A stretch of 64,000 nucleotides of DNA. Source: Macrostomum lignano (Eukaryota). The notes beneath the pieces are model-generated. The model searched no databases. It saw only the letters and a list, made by a program, of their open reading frames with translations, and was not told the DNA's origin. Within the stretch, counting starts at the first letter, position 1; each line of letters opens with the position of its first letter. Positions 30,092-41,944 of this stretch are shown one piece after another. The translations under genes were made by a program, and so were the position numbers. The DNA lies in NCBI GenBank assembly GCA_002269645.1, contig NIVC01000302.1, positions 511-64,510 of the forward strand, written 5' to 3'.

Positions 30092-30594
30092 CGGCCCTGC
30101 AGACGTTAGTAATTGTTGTTAGTAATTCAGACCGAAAAAATGCGACGAACAGCATATAGGTACTTGTTGTTTTGTTGATCGCTCTAAGGCTGAAAGTCGC
30201 ATATATGTACCACTGTACTGTTTCTTGTTTGTTATTTAGACAGAGAAAATGTGACGAAGAGAAGACATTTGTCTGTTGCTTTGTTGATCGCTATAAGGCT
30301 GAAAATCACATACTTACGACTGCTTGTTCTTTTCAAAATATATATGAAAAAAGCAACTAAGAGGATATGTAACAAAGTTTGACAATCTGAGAAAAGTGAA
30401 TTATGTCAAGTGGAAGATAGTTTTCACGTCTTGTTACTGAAAATAATACCAGAATCGCTCTAAGGCGGAATCGGCGAGGCGTACATGTAAAGTGGATTAC
30501 ATTTTTGGACTAGTACAACGGTAACATTATGAACAATATGTTTGTAAACACCTGTCACCTTCACATGAGTTCCAATGTCCAAAGATGCAGTATA

Positions 30595-31694
30595 CTAGAC
30601 CATAGCAGCGATCTCGTTTCGCCGCTGTTGTCCGCGAAGACGCAGTTGCTGAGCTCCGTCACCAGCGTTGTCATCCTCATTAGTCAGCTGGTCGTCTGCA
30701 TCACCGATGTATTGCGGATCGTCTATGTCTTCTTCATTCAGAAACTTGGCGACATTGTGAAGCACGAAGCATGCCAAGATGCATGTTGGTGCCTTGTGCA
30801 GCTGCAGTCGGATACCGTAGCGCAGAATGGGGAACCTTCTCTTGAGCTGCCCGAACGACCTCTCGATCACGACTCTGCTCCTGGCATGTAGCACATTGTA
30901 CCGTTGTTGCTGCTCCGTTTCGGGTTGCGGATACGGCGTCATTAGGAACGGTGCGATTCCGTACCCAGAGTCACCGAGGAGCACTCCAGAATTGACTCTG
31001 GTCGTGAGTAGATGACTGGAAAGTGTTTAACTTGCTACGTAAATTATATAAAGTTTACCATTTGCCCACTTGGAATCAGATTCTAAGTATGAATACGAGG
31101 TACTCACGCGTACAGCGCCGAGTTCTTGAGCACTCTACTGTCGTGCACCGAGCCAGGCCAACTCGCATCCAAACTAGTGAACACGCACTTCTCGGAGCAC
31201 GTTGCCTGAACATTGATGGAGGGAAACCCCTTCCGGTTGATGTACTCGTCACCGGCTGCTCCTGAGGGCTTTTCGATCCTCACATGCGTGCAGTCAATTG
31301 CCCCGATGGCCGACGGGAAGCCCATTGCTTCAGTGAACTGTGCCTTAGCACGGTTCGCTGAAGCACCTTCCTGTGGAAATTGAATCCATTCGTGAGACAG
31401 CCGCGCGATACTCTGCAGGACGTCCCAAACAACATTTGACACCGTGCTTTGATGAACACCTGTCTCCTTGGCAACACCGGATTGAAAGCCAGGGTTGCTC
31501 AGGTACCGCAGCGTGATCTCCATCTTCTGTTTCGGTGTCAGCGCACCGCCCCTTGTCTCGGAAGTATGTCCTAGGAAGCGCGTTGTCAGAAAGGTCACGT
31601 GATCCTCAGTGAATCGATGAAGCTGTCTATATGTCTCCACTGGAGTGGCCTGTCGGGGCAGGTACTCCTTGGTCTTTCTGATCTGAAGGAACAT
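30595..31694 (-). CDS. Harbinger (HARBI1-like, DDE_Tnp_4) transposase, 2 exons, about 335 aa
   Basis: Exons 31694-31108 and 31015-30595, with a 92-nt GTGAGT...TTTCCAG intron. Intact DDE triad (GAIDCTH, LLGDSGY, IERSFGQLKRRF) and an HTH segment (GVHQSTVS). Confidence 0.9.
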
Positions 31695-34600
31695 CTCGTG
31701 TCTCGTGTTATGGGCGCTGAAGATTCGCTTGAGCCAGAGAAAGAGTTGCTCGCATAAAACTCAAGTGTCGGCTCTCTCGGCGAGAAAATCACGTCTTTTA
31801 TTCATCAGAAAGCAAGAAAATCTTTTCCTCGTGAGATTTTCTTGCCGAGCAAATCTTTTCTTGTGAAAGCTCGAGATTTTCTTGGCGAGAAAATCTTGCA
31901 AGAAACTCGCAGTTTTTTATTCTTATAAACGCAAGAAATTCTTGGATTTCTTGCAAGAAAAAAATTTCTTTTTTTATTCATACGGCCCATGGATTGTTTC
32001 ATGATAGGCGGTTTGGTCCGCTGAGCTCTTGGCTTTAGTTGCTCTGCGGTGGAGTCTCTTATCTCTGTGACGAAGGTTGCCGAGGTTGCCACGGCGTAGA
32101 TTTTTTCCCTTTATAGGCTTTTAAAGAGCAGGATGCCTCAAAAGCGGCGGTTAGCGTTTCTGTTCGCACAGTCGCGCACATCCGCTTCTTGGCACGACGT
32201 GATAAGAAAGGCACAACATATCAAAATATTAACAGTGGGTTTGCCTATCGAAATCGAAAGCAATTTTTATTGTGCTGAAAAAATGAAAACCTCCTATCTC
32301 CGTAGTGTATTTTTTTTCGGAAAAAACCTGCCTCCAAAATTTTCCAAGAAACGATTGGTTTCCCGTCCTTCTACCTGAGTAGTCCTTGACCAAATATTGG
32401 TTTTCCAAACGGGCATGCCAACTTTGAAAAAATGGAGAGATGATCCGTTGAGTAAATACTCTTGATATTCATGAGCACGTGACTACTATAAAGCTCGTGC
32501 GAAAATGATGAGAGATGTGAGGTAAATACTAGCTAGCGCAATCCGTAGTTCCTACTACTTTTAGTAATAAAATTTGCTTTTTATTCTGCCGATATGATAG
32601 TTTAGATATTTTTTATGATACTGAATAAATACAACTGAATGTGTATAGCTGATGTATGCAAATAGAAGGTGTTGCAAGAGACAAAGGGAAGGATATTGAA
32701 GACGGGGGTTGGAGACAAAATATTTTGGGGGTGGGTCTGAGAGTCTCGGTTTTTGCAGGCCATTCAAATCGGCGCTGGTCTTTGCGATTTAAACAAACTC
32801 GGATGAACTCGGGGTGCAAAATAAAGGGAGCTCCGCTTGCTGAGTTCCTCAGGCTCAGGGGGAGGATAGCTGCAGTGTGGTCGTGGCTGAGCAGTCTAGT
32901 TAATGCCGTCTCTCAGAATGCAGAAATGTAGAAATGTAGCCGCTACGGAGAATTAACTTAATTAAAATAAACTAGATTTGCTGGGTGCCGCAGCTAGTGT
33001 TGTATTTTATTAAATGGTAGTAGGTCGCTGCCACTGTACTACCGCGGTAATTCGCGGAGAAAAGGTCTAAAGCTCAAGTTTACTCGAATCTGCCCTAGAA
33101 CTTCTCTTTAATAAGACCACCGAGGGTCAACTGAATTCTTCCGCGAGGTCACGAAGGCTTAAGACACCGTTTGGCACACGATTAACTGCTTAGTATTATT
33201 GTTGCACAAACTGGATATGGATATTATTAAGCTGTTAAAGATAAAAATAATTAATTGTGGGGCTGGAGGAAAGGGGGGCGCAGTCCCTTAAATACGTCAC
33301 TGTTCTCATGAGCCACCGGGAGGAAAACGGGTGGAAGAGAGGGTTACACGCAATGGAAAAGATGGGTACACCGGGTGGTAGCGACTAAACACCGGGTGAA
33401 CACAATTTAAATTAACAGAAAAACAAAAGTTACAAGGAGTAGGCACCCGAATTACACTAAGAGGAAAATGGGATTCCCACACAGGGAAATGACGTCAATA
33501 TACGTAATGAAATTTCCCACCAAGTGCACAATCCAGACTGGGAAAGTCAGTGGGGAAAGACAGTGGGAGGCTGCGCCTACTATGTTACCACAATATTGAT
33601 AATCTATCTAAGCTATATATCTCATGAGCCATATAGCTATATACAGTGGTTCAATTGCTAAGAACTTACTGCCAGAACTTACTGTTGTACAAACAGGCTA
33701 AAAAATCTTAGGTCCGGTTTGTTATGTACCCGTCCTAGGCCGTCTAAGCCTCGTATGGACCGGATGTTATGTAAATCATCTTTGTCTATGTCGACACCTT
33801 CATATTTTAAAAGGGTTTAGTTAGCTTAGTTTTTAATTAAAAAGCGTTATTAATTATGCTAAAAATTAATGCAGCTGCTGGTTTCCAATCTCTTAACTTT
33901 GAACTTTGATTTGAATATTTAATTTAGTAATTCCTGAATCCACATGTGCGTGGTTATTTTGTCTGTCACCTTTTCATCTGCTGGCAGGCGTCACTTGAAC
34001 TTACTCACTTATGTTTTAAGTTACTAAGTAGTAAGTTTTGGAGATCTTGTTTAATATCTATCCAGTTGTAGGTTATATAAAAACAATTTAAAATAAATTA
34101 AATAATGTCTAATGACTTGAATTGTTAGGGCCTAGTACATTTATATTGATTAGGAGGCCTATCATTAGGCCTATTTTCTATTATTTTCACTAGGCCTCGA
34201 GATTATGGCATTGCATTACATTGGCATATGTTTAGATTTCTTATATGAAAATTAACTGTTATGCTTATATTGAATTCTGCAAAAGAAAACTAAAAAGTTG
34301 TATTAATTAAACAAATAATATAGCTTATATATAATACCATAGTCAGGAAGGTGTCCAGTGTACACAGGAACTAATTCTGGGCAAAATTAAGCTTGTACGC
34401 CAATGTATGCCAATTTTTTTAGCTTCATTTCAAACATTACGCTGTACACTAAAGTCCTTTTTCCGTATCATTTTTCCCCATTTTGGGGAGTTATATTACC
34501 TATTTAATACTACACATTTTGTGCACATTTAGCATGTAGTAACATATTCACCCTCAAAGCGCGCAAGTTTTTGTATTTAAAAAATTTCACACATAAGTTT

Positions 34601-37600
34601 TATTTGAATATATGTCCTGCTTGACAAAATTACATGATTTTACGTGAAAATTATGTGATTTACTCGTGAAAAAAACTTGTGAAAAACACGTGAAAAAGTG
34701 TCCAATGTGTTTACAAGTTTGTTACATGTGAAACTCGTGAAAACTCGTAATGCCTTTAATAGGATGCTTCCTTCACGTTGCTCGTACTTAATACAGTATA
34801 TATAGTCCATGTACATTTGATTCTGCTGGTTGTTTTTATATTGCTACATGTATATATTCTACTCACTTCCTTTGCTTATACATGTAGACTTAGAAAAAAA
34901 CATGCAGCAGGACTAGAGAACAGAACATAAATTTAACACATCTGAAACAGACACTAGCTATCAGCAAAAAAGATAACAAAGAGCCCACAAACCACCCAAG
35001 ATCCATTAAAAAATAAAATAATGAAAGCAAACACAAAGACCACAAACAGAAATTTCTATATATGTGGAGTCAATGCATATAAAGATTAATAAAGCTAAAA
35101 TAAGTAAAACTGGTGTATAATTTTTAGTTAATGAACAGTAAATATAGTGTAGCATATAGCTAAGTGCAATAAGGACTTCATCATGGAAAAAGTACCATTT
35201 TTGGTATGCAATGTAACAATCATATAACATTCTTGAAATGCAAAAATTTACAATTTTCTGGCTATGTGCAGTTGAAACTGAAAGAACAATGAAATTATAA
35301 GTTATTAAAGAGTACATTGACAAAGCAGGTTATGCAGAATGTTGCAAAAACACAAAAATTACTTCACACAAAAAGAACTTGCAGTAATACTTGAATGATT
35401 CAGCCTACTTAGTGAACATGTAGGCATACAAATTAAAATAAAAAATCAAACCTTTTAGTTAAAAATGAATTAAAAAATTGGTATAATAAGCCTAGCTACA
35501 AACTAATGAAAAAATATGCTGTCACACTATAAATAGGGGCATAGAAAACACAGAAAGAACTAGCAAATTAGTCCAGATAGCCTGTCTGTAGCTATAGACT
35601 CTTAGCCATAGTAAAAACAGTCAACAGATAATAGCAACATGTTTTTATGAATAAAAAAACATTATATGGGTAAATTAACTTGAAAAAGCAGTCCTTGCCA
35701 TTCAACTTCAGATTAAGATTCAAAGCCTCTTTTTGAAGTACATAGTAGAAGCCCTTGCCTTTTCTCCAGGCATGAATTGTACCAGTAGTAAGCCTTGTGA
35801 ATTGCTGAAAAGTTTTGAATTTTAATCAATTAGAACATTGATTGGATTAAACAAAAAATAGATCATTTATATTATAGTATTATATATCTAGTTTTATTTC
35901 AAAAGTATAATATTGTATTGTCAATATACAATAATAAAATTGATTATCTAATAAATTTTAAATATATATTCAATATACTAGGTCTAAATCTCTACAGTTT
36001 GCATGTTTATCTATAACATTCCAATAATATTCTAGGACTTATAAAAATATAATATAACTTTGGAAAATAGAAAAAAGTCAATATTTTTGCTTGTCATTGC
36101 CTCATCAGCCAAATTTTTTTACCAAATCTTTTTTGTATGTAATGTATACAATCTAAGAATAAATAAATGATAAAATGTTGGATTAGTATGTTATCAATTG
36201 GCAAAAAGTCATTTTTGTAAAAATTTTGACATTTTTCAAAGCAAAAGACATCATTAAGTTTATGTACCTTTTAAAAACAAATAGAAGGCTTTAGAGGGTT
36301 AAAACAAAATATATATAAAATTATAGTACTTGCATCATCAGATAAAAAACATTAGCAACCATATAATCTATTATATTTTTAATATATTAGTACCTCAAAG
36401 TTACTGAATTACTGAAAGTTACTGAAGTGACAGAAAAAAATATGTTACGACCATAATGTTACAACCATAAGGCTGCTTTTTCTTTTGTATCTTTGTTGCC
36501 TTTTTGAGTTTATATATTCTAATAAAAGAGTATGACTTCTAAAGATGTTCTTAGTCTAATTTAAAAAAATTATTGCAAAATATAAAAAATGAAAAATGTT
36601 ATAAGACTTTTACCTTTTAGTTTCAATATGTCAAAAATCCTGTTGTTACGACCATAAGCATACATGCGCAACCTCCAAAATTCGGTCAGCTGTGCGACTT
36701 AGTTTTAACAAAAATGCAACATAGTTTTTGGCCAAAAATGCAACTTACATGTAAAAAAACCCAAAAGCAAAATTAACGCAACTTTTGGTAAATGGCAGTG
36801 AGTAACTATGATTGTCTTATAAAGCCAAAATGCCTCATCAGCTACTTAGTACTACTACTTGGTGTTTTTTGGGTGGGCATTTTTGCGACTTCCTTGGTTG
36901 GCTGCCAAATCGGTCAGCCAGATTGGCCGACTCGGCCAACTGTTGCGCATGTATGACCATAAGTGCCATTCAAGGTTTAATAGCATCTATACTAATAATG
37001 ATATCTATATGAAACTTTATAAACATATTCTTGACAAAATAATCTTTCATTCAAAATATTGGTTTAGTGTATTCTATTATTAGATTTCATTTTATAAGTA
37101 AAAATAGTCTGTCATGTTACAACATAATTATATGGAATGGCCCTTAAATTGTCTTTTGTTACCCAGAAAAAGTAATGCAAAAAGTGCCATTACCAAAAAA
37201 GTAACAACTTTTATCACTTTAGTAATGAGTAACACACCCAACACTGAAGGCAAGCTACAAGTGAAGCCACTAGTGATCACTAGATAAATAGAGAATAATT
37301 TTTAAAAATATTAAAAAGTCAAATTCTAATGCCTATATTTGAATTTGTTTTTGAAAAATATTTTTTTCATTTTTTGATTTTCTACCTATGTAGGACATCT
37401 TTAAAGAAATAGACTTCATGAAAATTTTAGTATATGATATAAATATCCTAGATGGATTTTTCCTAGCTAGAAAGCTTTTATAGTGGTGCTTTTTAATGAA
37501 TTTATATGCTATGAAATACATAAGTATAAGCCAATTGGTATTAAAGTTCTCATTAGAGTCTAAAAGGATTATAATATAAATCAATGCTAAATATGATATA

Positions 37601-37819
37601 AGTTGTGACTTGATTAAAAGTTGAATTATAGCATTATAAAAGTAATCTAGCAGTTAAGTATATTGTTATTTAATAAGTCTATGGTATTCTCAGAGTTTTT
37701 TTTAAAAGTTTTTGTAAATATGAGTATGGCTATACTTCTTTTCTAAAAGAATTGATATTTATGAATTTGAAAATCACCCAGATAACTGGCTAGTAAGTGA
37801 AAAATCTTTCAAAACTCTG

Positions 37820-38623
37820 ATGTCTCACCTACCAGTGGTAGACTGGGTGTCCCTTGACTGGGTGGCCTATTGGGGCTGCCTGACTCACGCCATGGTCACC
37901 GAGAATGAAGAGATCATGGGCCTCTGCCTTGGCGAAGAGCTGCAATCAGCGGCTGGCGATGCTGTTGGTGGCGTCAATTTGGAAATCCTGGCCTTTTTGC
38001 CGCTGCTGCGAGTTGACAAGCGCAAAGATCGAGTTGAGATTGAGCCAGACCAGCTGGTTGCGGCCACCCAGCGGGCCGATGAGCTCACAGCTCAGCTGGG
38101 CCGCACTGTCCGTGTAGTTGGCTGGTACCACAGCCATCCGCACATCACAGCCCTGCCCAGCCATGTAGATCTGGCTACTCAGCTGAGCTATCAGCAGCTG
38201 GCCGAATCATTTGTAGGATTAATATTCGCCGTCTATAGCGGTCATGAACGGGGCCAGCGTTGCCAGGCCCTGTGCTTTCAAAATGTCCGCGGCTCGTGCG
38301 CCTACATACCTATGCGAGTCCGGCCGCCGCACTGCGCCACCTCTCCGGATGCCGCCGCCGCCACCGCCGTGTCCGCTGCCGAGAATGCCGCAGGCGTGGT
38401 GGCGCTGCCTCGCCTGCTGTTCGAAGAGGAGCAGCGAGAGTTTGAGCAGCAGCAGCAACCCAAAAGTAATCAGAAAGCAACAGCTTCATCGTCTAATAGC
38501 AGCGATAGCGTTGTTGAATTGGCCCCCGCCTGCGCTTATGCTTGCAACGTTGGCTCAATTGTTGATAGGCTGATCTGGCCGCTGATTCAAGTGGCCCGAG
38601 ATCGGTGCGTCGACCAGGCCTAG
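37820..38623 (+). CDS. BRCC3: Lys63-specific JAMM/MPN+ deubiquitinase BRCC36, intronless
   Basis: CLTHAMVTENEEIMGLCLG, RVDKRKDRVEIEPDQL, RVVGWYHSHPHITALPSHVD (intact JAMM HxH-x7-S-x2-D) and FVGLIF, all in one uninterrupted 267-aa ORF. Confidence 0.92.
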   Translation: MSHLPVVDWVSLDWVAYWGCLTHAMVTENEEIMGLCLGEELQSAAGDAVGGVNLEILAFLPLLRVDKRKDRVEIEPDQLVAATQRADELTAQLGRTVRVVGWYHSHPHITALPSHVDLATQLSYQQLAESFVGLIFAVYSGHERGQRCQALCFQNVRGSCAYIPMRVRPPHCATSPDAAAATAVSAAENAAGVVALPRLLFEEEQREFEQQQQPKSNQKATASSSNSSDSVVELAPACAYACNVGSIVDRLIWPLIQVARDRCVDQA

Positions 38624-39439
38624 ATGGACCGATTGTATCCGTTTTGAGACTGGAAAATATTTAAAAACCTATTGTCCTGAATCTGCCTACTGATAACAGT
38701 AGAAAGTACTGATCGAGGCAACAAATTTGAAGAAAAGAGTGCAAAAAGCTTTTTTTAGTAAAATTCTTAGAAAAATCGACACTTTCTACTCACTATAGTA
38801 GGCTGATGTGAAGCAACAGCATATAATTTTCCTATGTTCCACTGCTGCCTGCTAACAGTTAGTATGTACACCGCGCTTGATAGTTTCAGCGAAGCAGATG
38901 ATGGTGCCAAATGTTGAATAGTTAATAAAAAATCGTTTTTGGAGGCCCGGTTGCCATTAGCAACCGGTTCGTTGAGAATTTTTTAAAAAACCGTTTAGAT
39001 TTTTAATTACTAAGGCCATTGTAATGTGTTCTCCCTTATATTTTGAGCAATCTCCATCTGTGTCCGGCGTCTATACAACAGTGGTTTGAATGATGATTTA
39101 ATCTATTTTTTGTCTTTCTCACATCAAGGGCATTCAGAAAACTTTGTACCTACTAGTACCTGTATGTTCTGCGCACATGTCTTTTGTGCATTCTCATATG
39201 CTGTACTGAATGTTTTAAGATGAGTATAATTGTATACGCTTATTAGAAAAGTTAAAGAGGGTTTTGTTAAGTGTAATACTTTAATCCCTTCGTTTGCAAC
39301 AAATAAAATCAATCAATCGTTGCTTGCTGTATTCTAAGGTACCATTTTTATTAGTTTTTTATCTTTGAAAACAAACTTGCTTAGGTTTTTTAACGTTGGA
39401 AATGTCTGTTGGATAGATTGATTGAAGATTAGGCACACT

Positions 39440-40336
39440 CAAGTTCATAGACTCACTCAACAGGTCATAGACTCACCCTGCAAGTCATAGACTCACTCAA
39501 CAGGTCATAGACTCACCCTGCAAGTCATAGACTCACTCATCATTCACACAATCACTCATCAGCTCATAGACTCAGCCAACAAGCCATAGAATTCCTCATT
39601 CGGTCATAGACTCACTCAGCAGTTCATAGACTCAGTCAGCAGGTCACAGACTGACTCAGCAGATCACAGACTCACTCAGCAGTTCGTAATCTCACTCAGC
39701 AGGTCATAGGCTCACCCAGCAGTTTAAAGACTCACTCACCAGGTCACAGACTCACTCAGCAGGTCACAGACTCACCCAGCAGGTTAAAGACTCACTCAGC
39801 AGGTCATAGGCTCACCCAACAGTTTAAAGACTCATTCACCAGGTCACAGACTCACTCAGCAGGTCACAGACTCACTCAGCAGGTCATAGACTCACTCAGC
39901 AGGTCATAGACTCACTCAGCAGGTCATAGACTCACTCAGCAGGTCACAGACTCACTCAGCAGGTCACAGACTCACTCAACAGGTCACAGACTCACTCAGC
40001 AGGTCACAGACTCACTCAACAGGTCACAGACTCACTCAGCAGGTCACAGACTCACTCAACAGGTCACAGACTCACTCAGCAGGTCACAGACTCACTCAAC
40101 AGGTCACAGAGTCACTCAGCAGGTCATAGACTCACTCAACAGGTCACAGACTCACTCAGCAGGTCATAGGCTCCCCCGGCAGGTTGAGGACTCACTCAGC
40201 AGGTCATAGGCTCCCCCGGCAGGTTGAGGACTCACTCAGCAGGTCATAGACTCACTCAGCAGGTTATAGACTCACTCAGCAGGTCACAGACTCACTCAGC
40301 AGGTTATAGACTCACTCAGCAGGTCACAGACTCACT
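39440..40336. repeat. 20-bp minisatellite (GACTCACTCAGCAGGTCACA)n
   Basis: Ends about 75 nt upstream of the tetraspanin ATG. Confidence 0.95.
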
Positions 40337-40410
40337 CTGATCCCATATCCCATTGCATTGCACGACCAGCGGCATCGCCAACAGCTGACAGCAACGACAG
40401 GCACCACCCA

Positions 40411-41322
40411 ATGGCTGGCAAGTCGAATCGTCGCAGCGCTGGCGCAGCCGCGTCCTCCTCCGCAGCGGGACTTCGACCAGCTGGCCGTCGCACAAATTTT
40501 GTCAATCCTTGTATAAAGTACGCGCTGTTCTTTTTCAACTTCATATTCTGGCTGGCGGGCACCGGCATCCTAGCTATCGGTATTATCGCCACCGCGATGA
40601 AGAAGGACGCATTCGCCTCCGACAATGGCGGAGTTCAAGACGTGTTCAGCGTGCTGTTCGATGCAACCCTGGTATTTATTGCGTTCGGCGCAATCGTGTT
40701 CTTGCTGACCTTCGCCGGTTGTCTGGGCTCGCTTCGCGACAATGTCTGCCTGTTGAAATTCTTTGCCCTGTCCTTGTTTGTCATATTCCTAATTGAATGC
40801 TCGGCCGCTATAGCCGTATTCGCGTTGAAAGAACGGGCTATTGAGTACATGGAGACAGTGCTCAAGACCAATATGATCACTATGTACAGAGAGGAGCGCT
40901 ATGAGGACACGCAGAATTTTATAGATTGGTATCACAAAAACCTGGCCTGCTGCGGTGCGGCCTCATATAAAGATTGGAGCGAGAACAAGTACTTCGCCTG
41001 TACATCAAATAACACCAGCCCGGAGCGCTGCGGGGTGCCGTTCTCCTGCTGCAAAAAGATGAACGACATTGACGATCGAGTGATTAACACAATGTGCGGC
41101 TATAATGTCATGGCGCAGACTGAACAGCCAGACGACCGAATCTGGACTATCGGCTGTGTGGCTGCCACTAGGAAATACGTTGAAAAGAATGTACTGCCAG
41201 TGGCCGGGGTGGCTATCGGAGTGTCTGTAGTGCAGCTGACAGCTATATTTCTGTCCCGGGTGCTTGCTGGCCAGATTCAGGACCAGGTGACTCTGCTGAG
41301 ACGGACTGGCGAGATGGCCTGA
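40411..41322 (+). CDS. Tetraspanin of the TspanC8 subfamily (TSPAN5/14/17/33-like), intronless
   Basis: Four TM helices, CIKYALFFFNFIFW, FAGCLGSLRDNVCLL, and a large loop with CCG and 8 Cys (CCGAASYKDWSENKYFAC...RCGVPFSCC...NTMCG...IWTIGC). Confidence 0.92.
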   Translation: MAGKSNRRSAGAAASSSAAGLRPAGRRTNFVNPCIKYALFFFNFIFWLAGTGILAIGIIATAMKKDAFASDNGGVQDVFSVLFDATLVFIAFGAIVFLLTFAGCLGSLRDNVCLLKFFALSLFVIFLIECSAAIAVFALKERAIEYMETVLKTNMITMYREERYEDTQNFIDWYHKNLACCGAASYKDWSENKYFACTSNNTSPERCGVPFSCCKKMNDIDDRVINTMCGYNVMAQTEQPDDRIWTIGCVAATRKYVEKNVLPVAGVAIGVSVVQLTAIFLSRVLAGQIQDQVTLLRRTGEMA

Positions 41323-41944
41323 GCTGGGGAAGCTGTGTATAGACATAACTATGTATGCTGGCTGCTGACTCTGTTCATTAGCTAATGTCTGCTAGACTGT
41401 GTGCTGAAGAATCCTTTATCCAAGAATTTTATATTTATTTGGAAGAAATCCTGTTTTAGGATTGAAGTAATCGTCTATAGAATCTAAAGAAATTAATGAT
41501 ACACTCGATTGCATCAACTGTACCCGTTGAAAACGTTACAGTAACAATAATCGCTAAGGAGTCATTACAAACTGTAAAGCTGTATTAACGCTTTACTTTC
41601 TACTAACTCAAGTAGACTAAATAGAGTGTTGTTATAAATACAAAATACGATTTTAATTCATAAAGTAACGCAGATGCGCTTTAGACGAAACTCTGCTTGT
41701 TATTTTACAGCGACTCCACCGCCCCAGAGTCGTTTCGGAGTCGCAGGCAATAAAATGCCTCAAATTGACTTTCAGGCGACTCTTTGACTACTTGTACCGT
41801 GAAATCTTGTCGTTTTAGAGTCGAGTAGAGTCACTTCTTTCTTATTTTACCTGTTATCTGAAACGACTATGGCGTGACGCAGGTGACTCTGGGACGCTTC
41901 TTGGCCTGAGGTACCGTTTTAATCGGGTATAGATTCGAAGTAAT

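Larger units (their letters stand above)
29599..31988. mobile_element. PIF/Harbinger DNA transposon
   Basis: 17-bp perfect TIR GGGCCGTATGAATAAAA (29599-29615 / 31972-31988) and 3-bp TSD ATG. Subterminal AAGAAAATCTT-like arrays at both ends. Contains a transposase and a convergent partner-ORF remnant. Confidence 0.93.
27083..32100 (-). mobile_element. Degenerate 5'-truncated non-LTR retrotransposon (RT plus RNase H; LOA/R1/I-like), interrupted by a Harbinger
   Basis: RT at 29187-28273 (FIPKPGRPDY, LMERL, KVGYADDVT). RNase H at about 27900-27470 (LKWIPGHAGFPGNELADTLAK). Frameshifts are present. It has an (AAGTC)n-like tail at about 27083-27097. The ORF resumes in frame at 31992-32100 across the Harbinger. 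Confidence 0.88.

Noticed and set aside
34000-37800. AT-rich region with short ORFs, CGTGAAA and TGTTACGACCATAA motif clusters
   Set aside because: No definable TIR/TSD pair or coding signal; ordinary intergenic DNA or decayed repeats.
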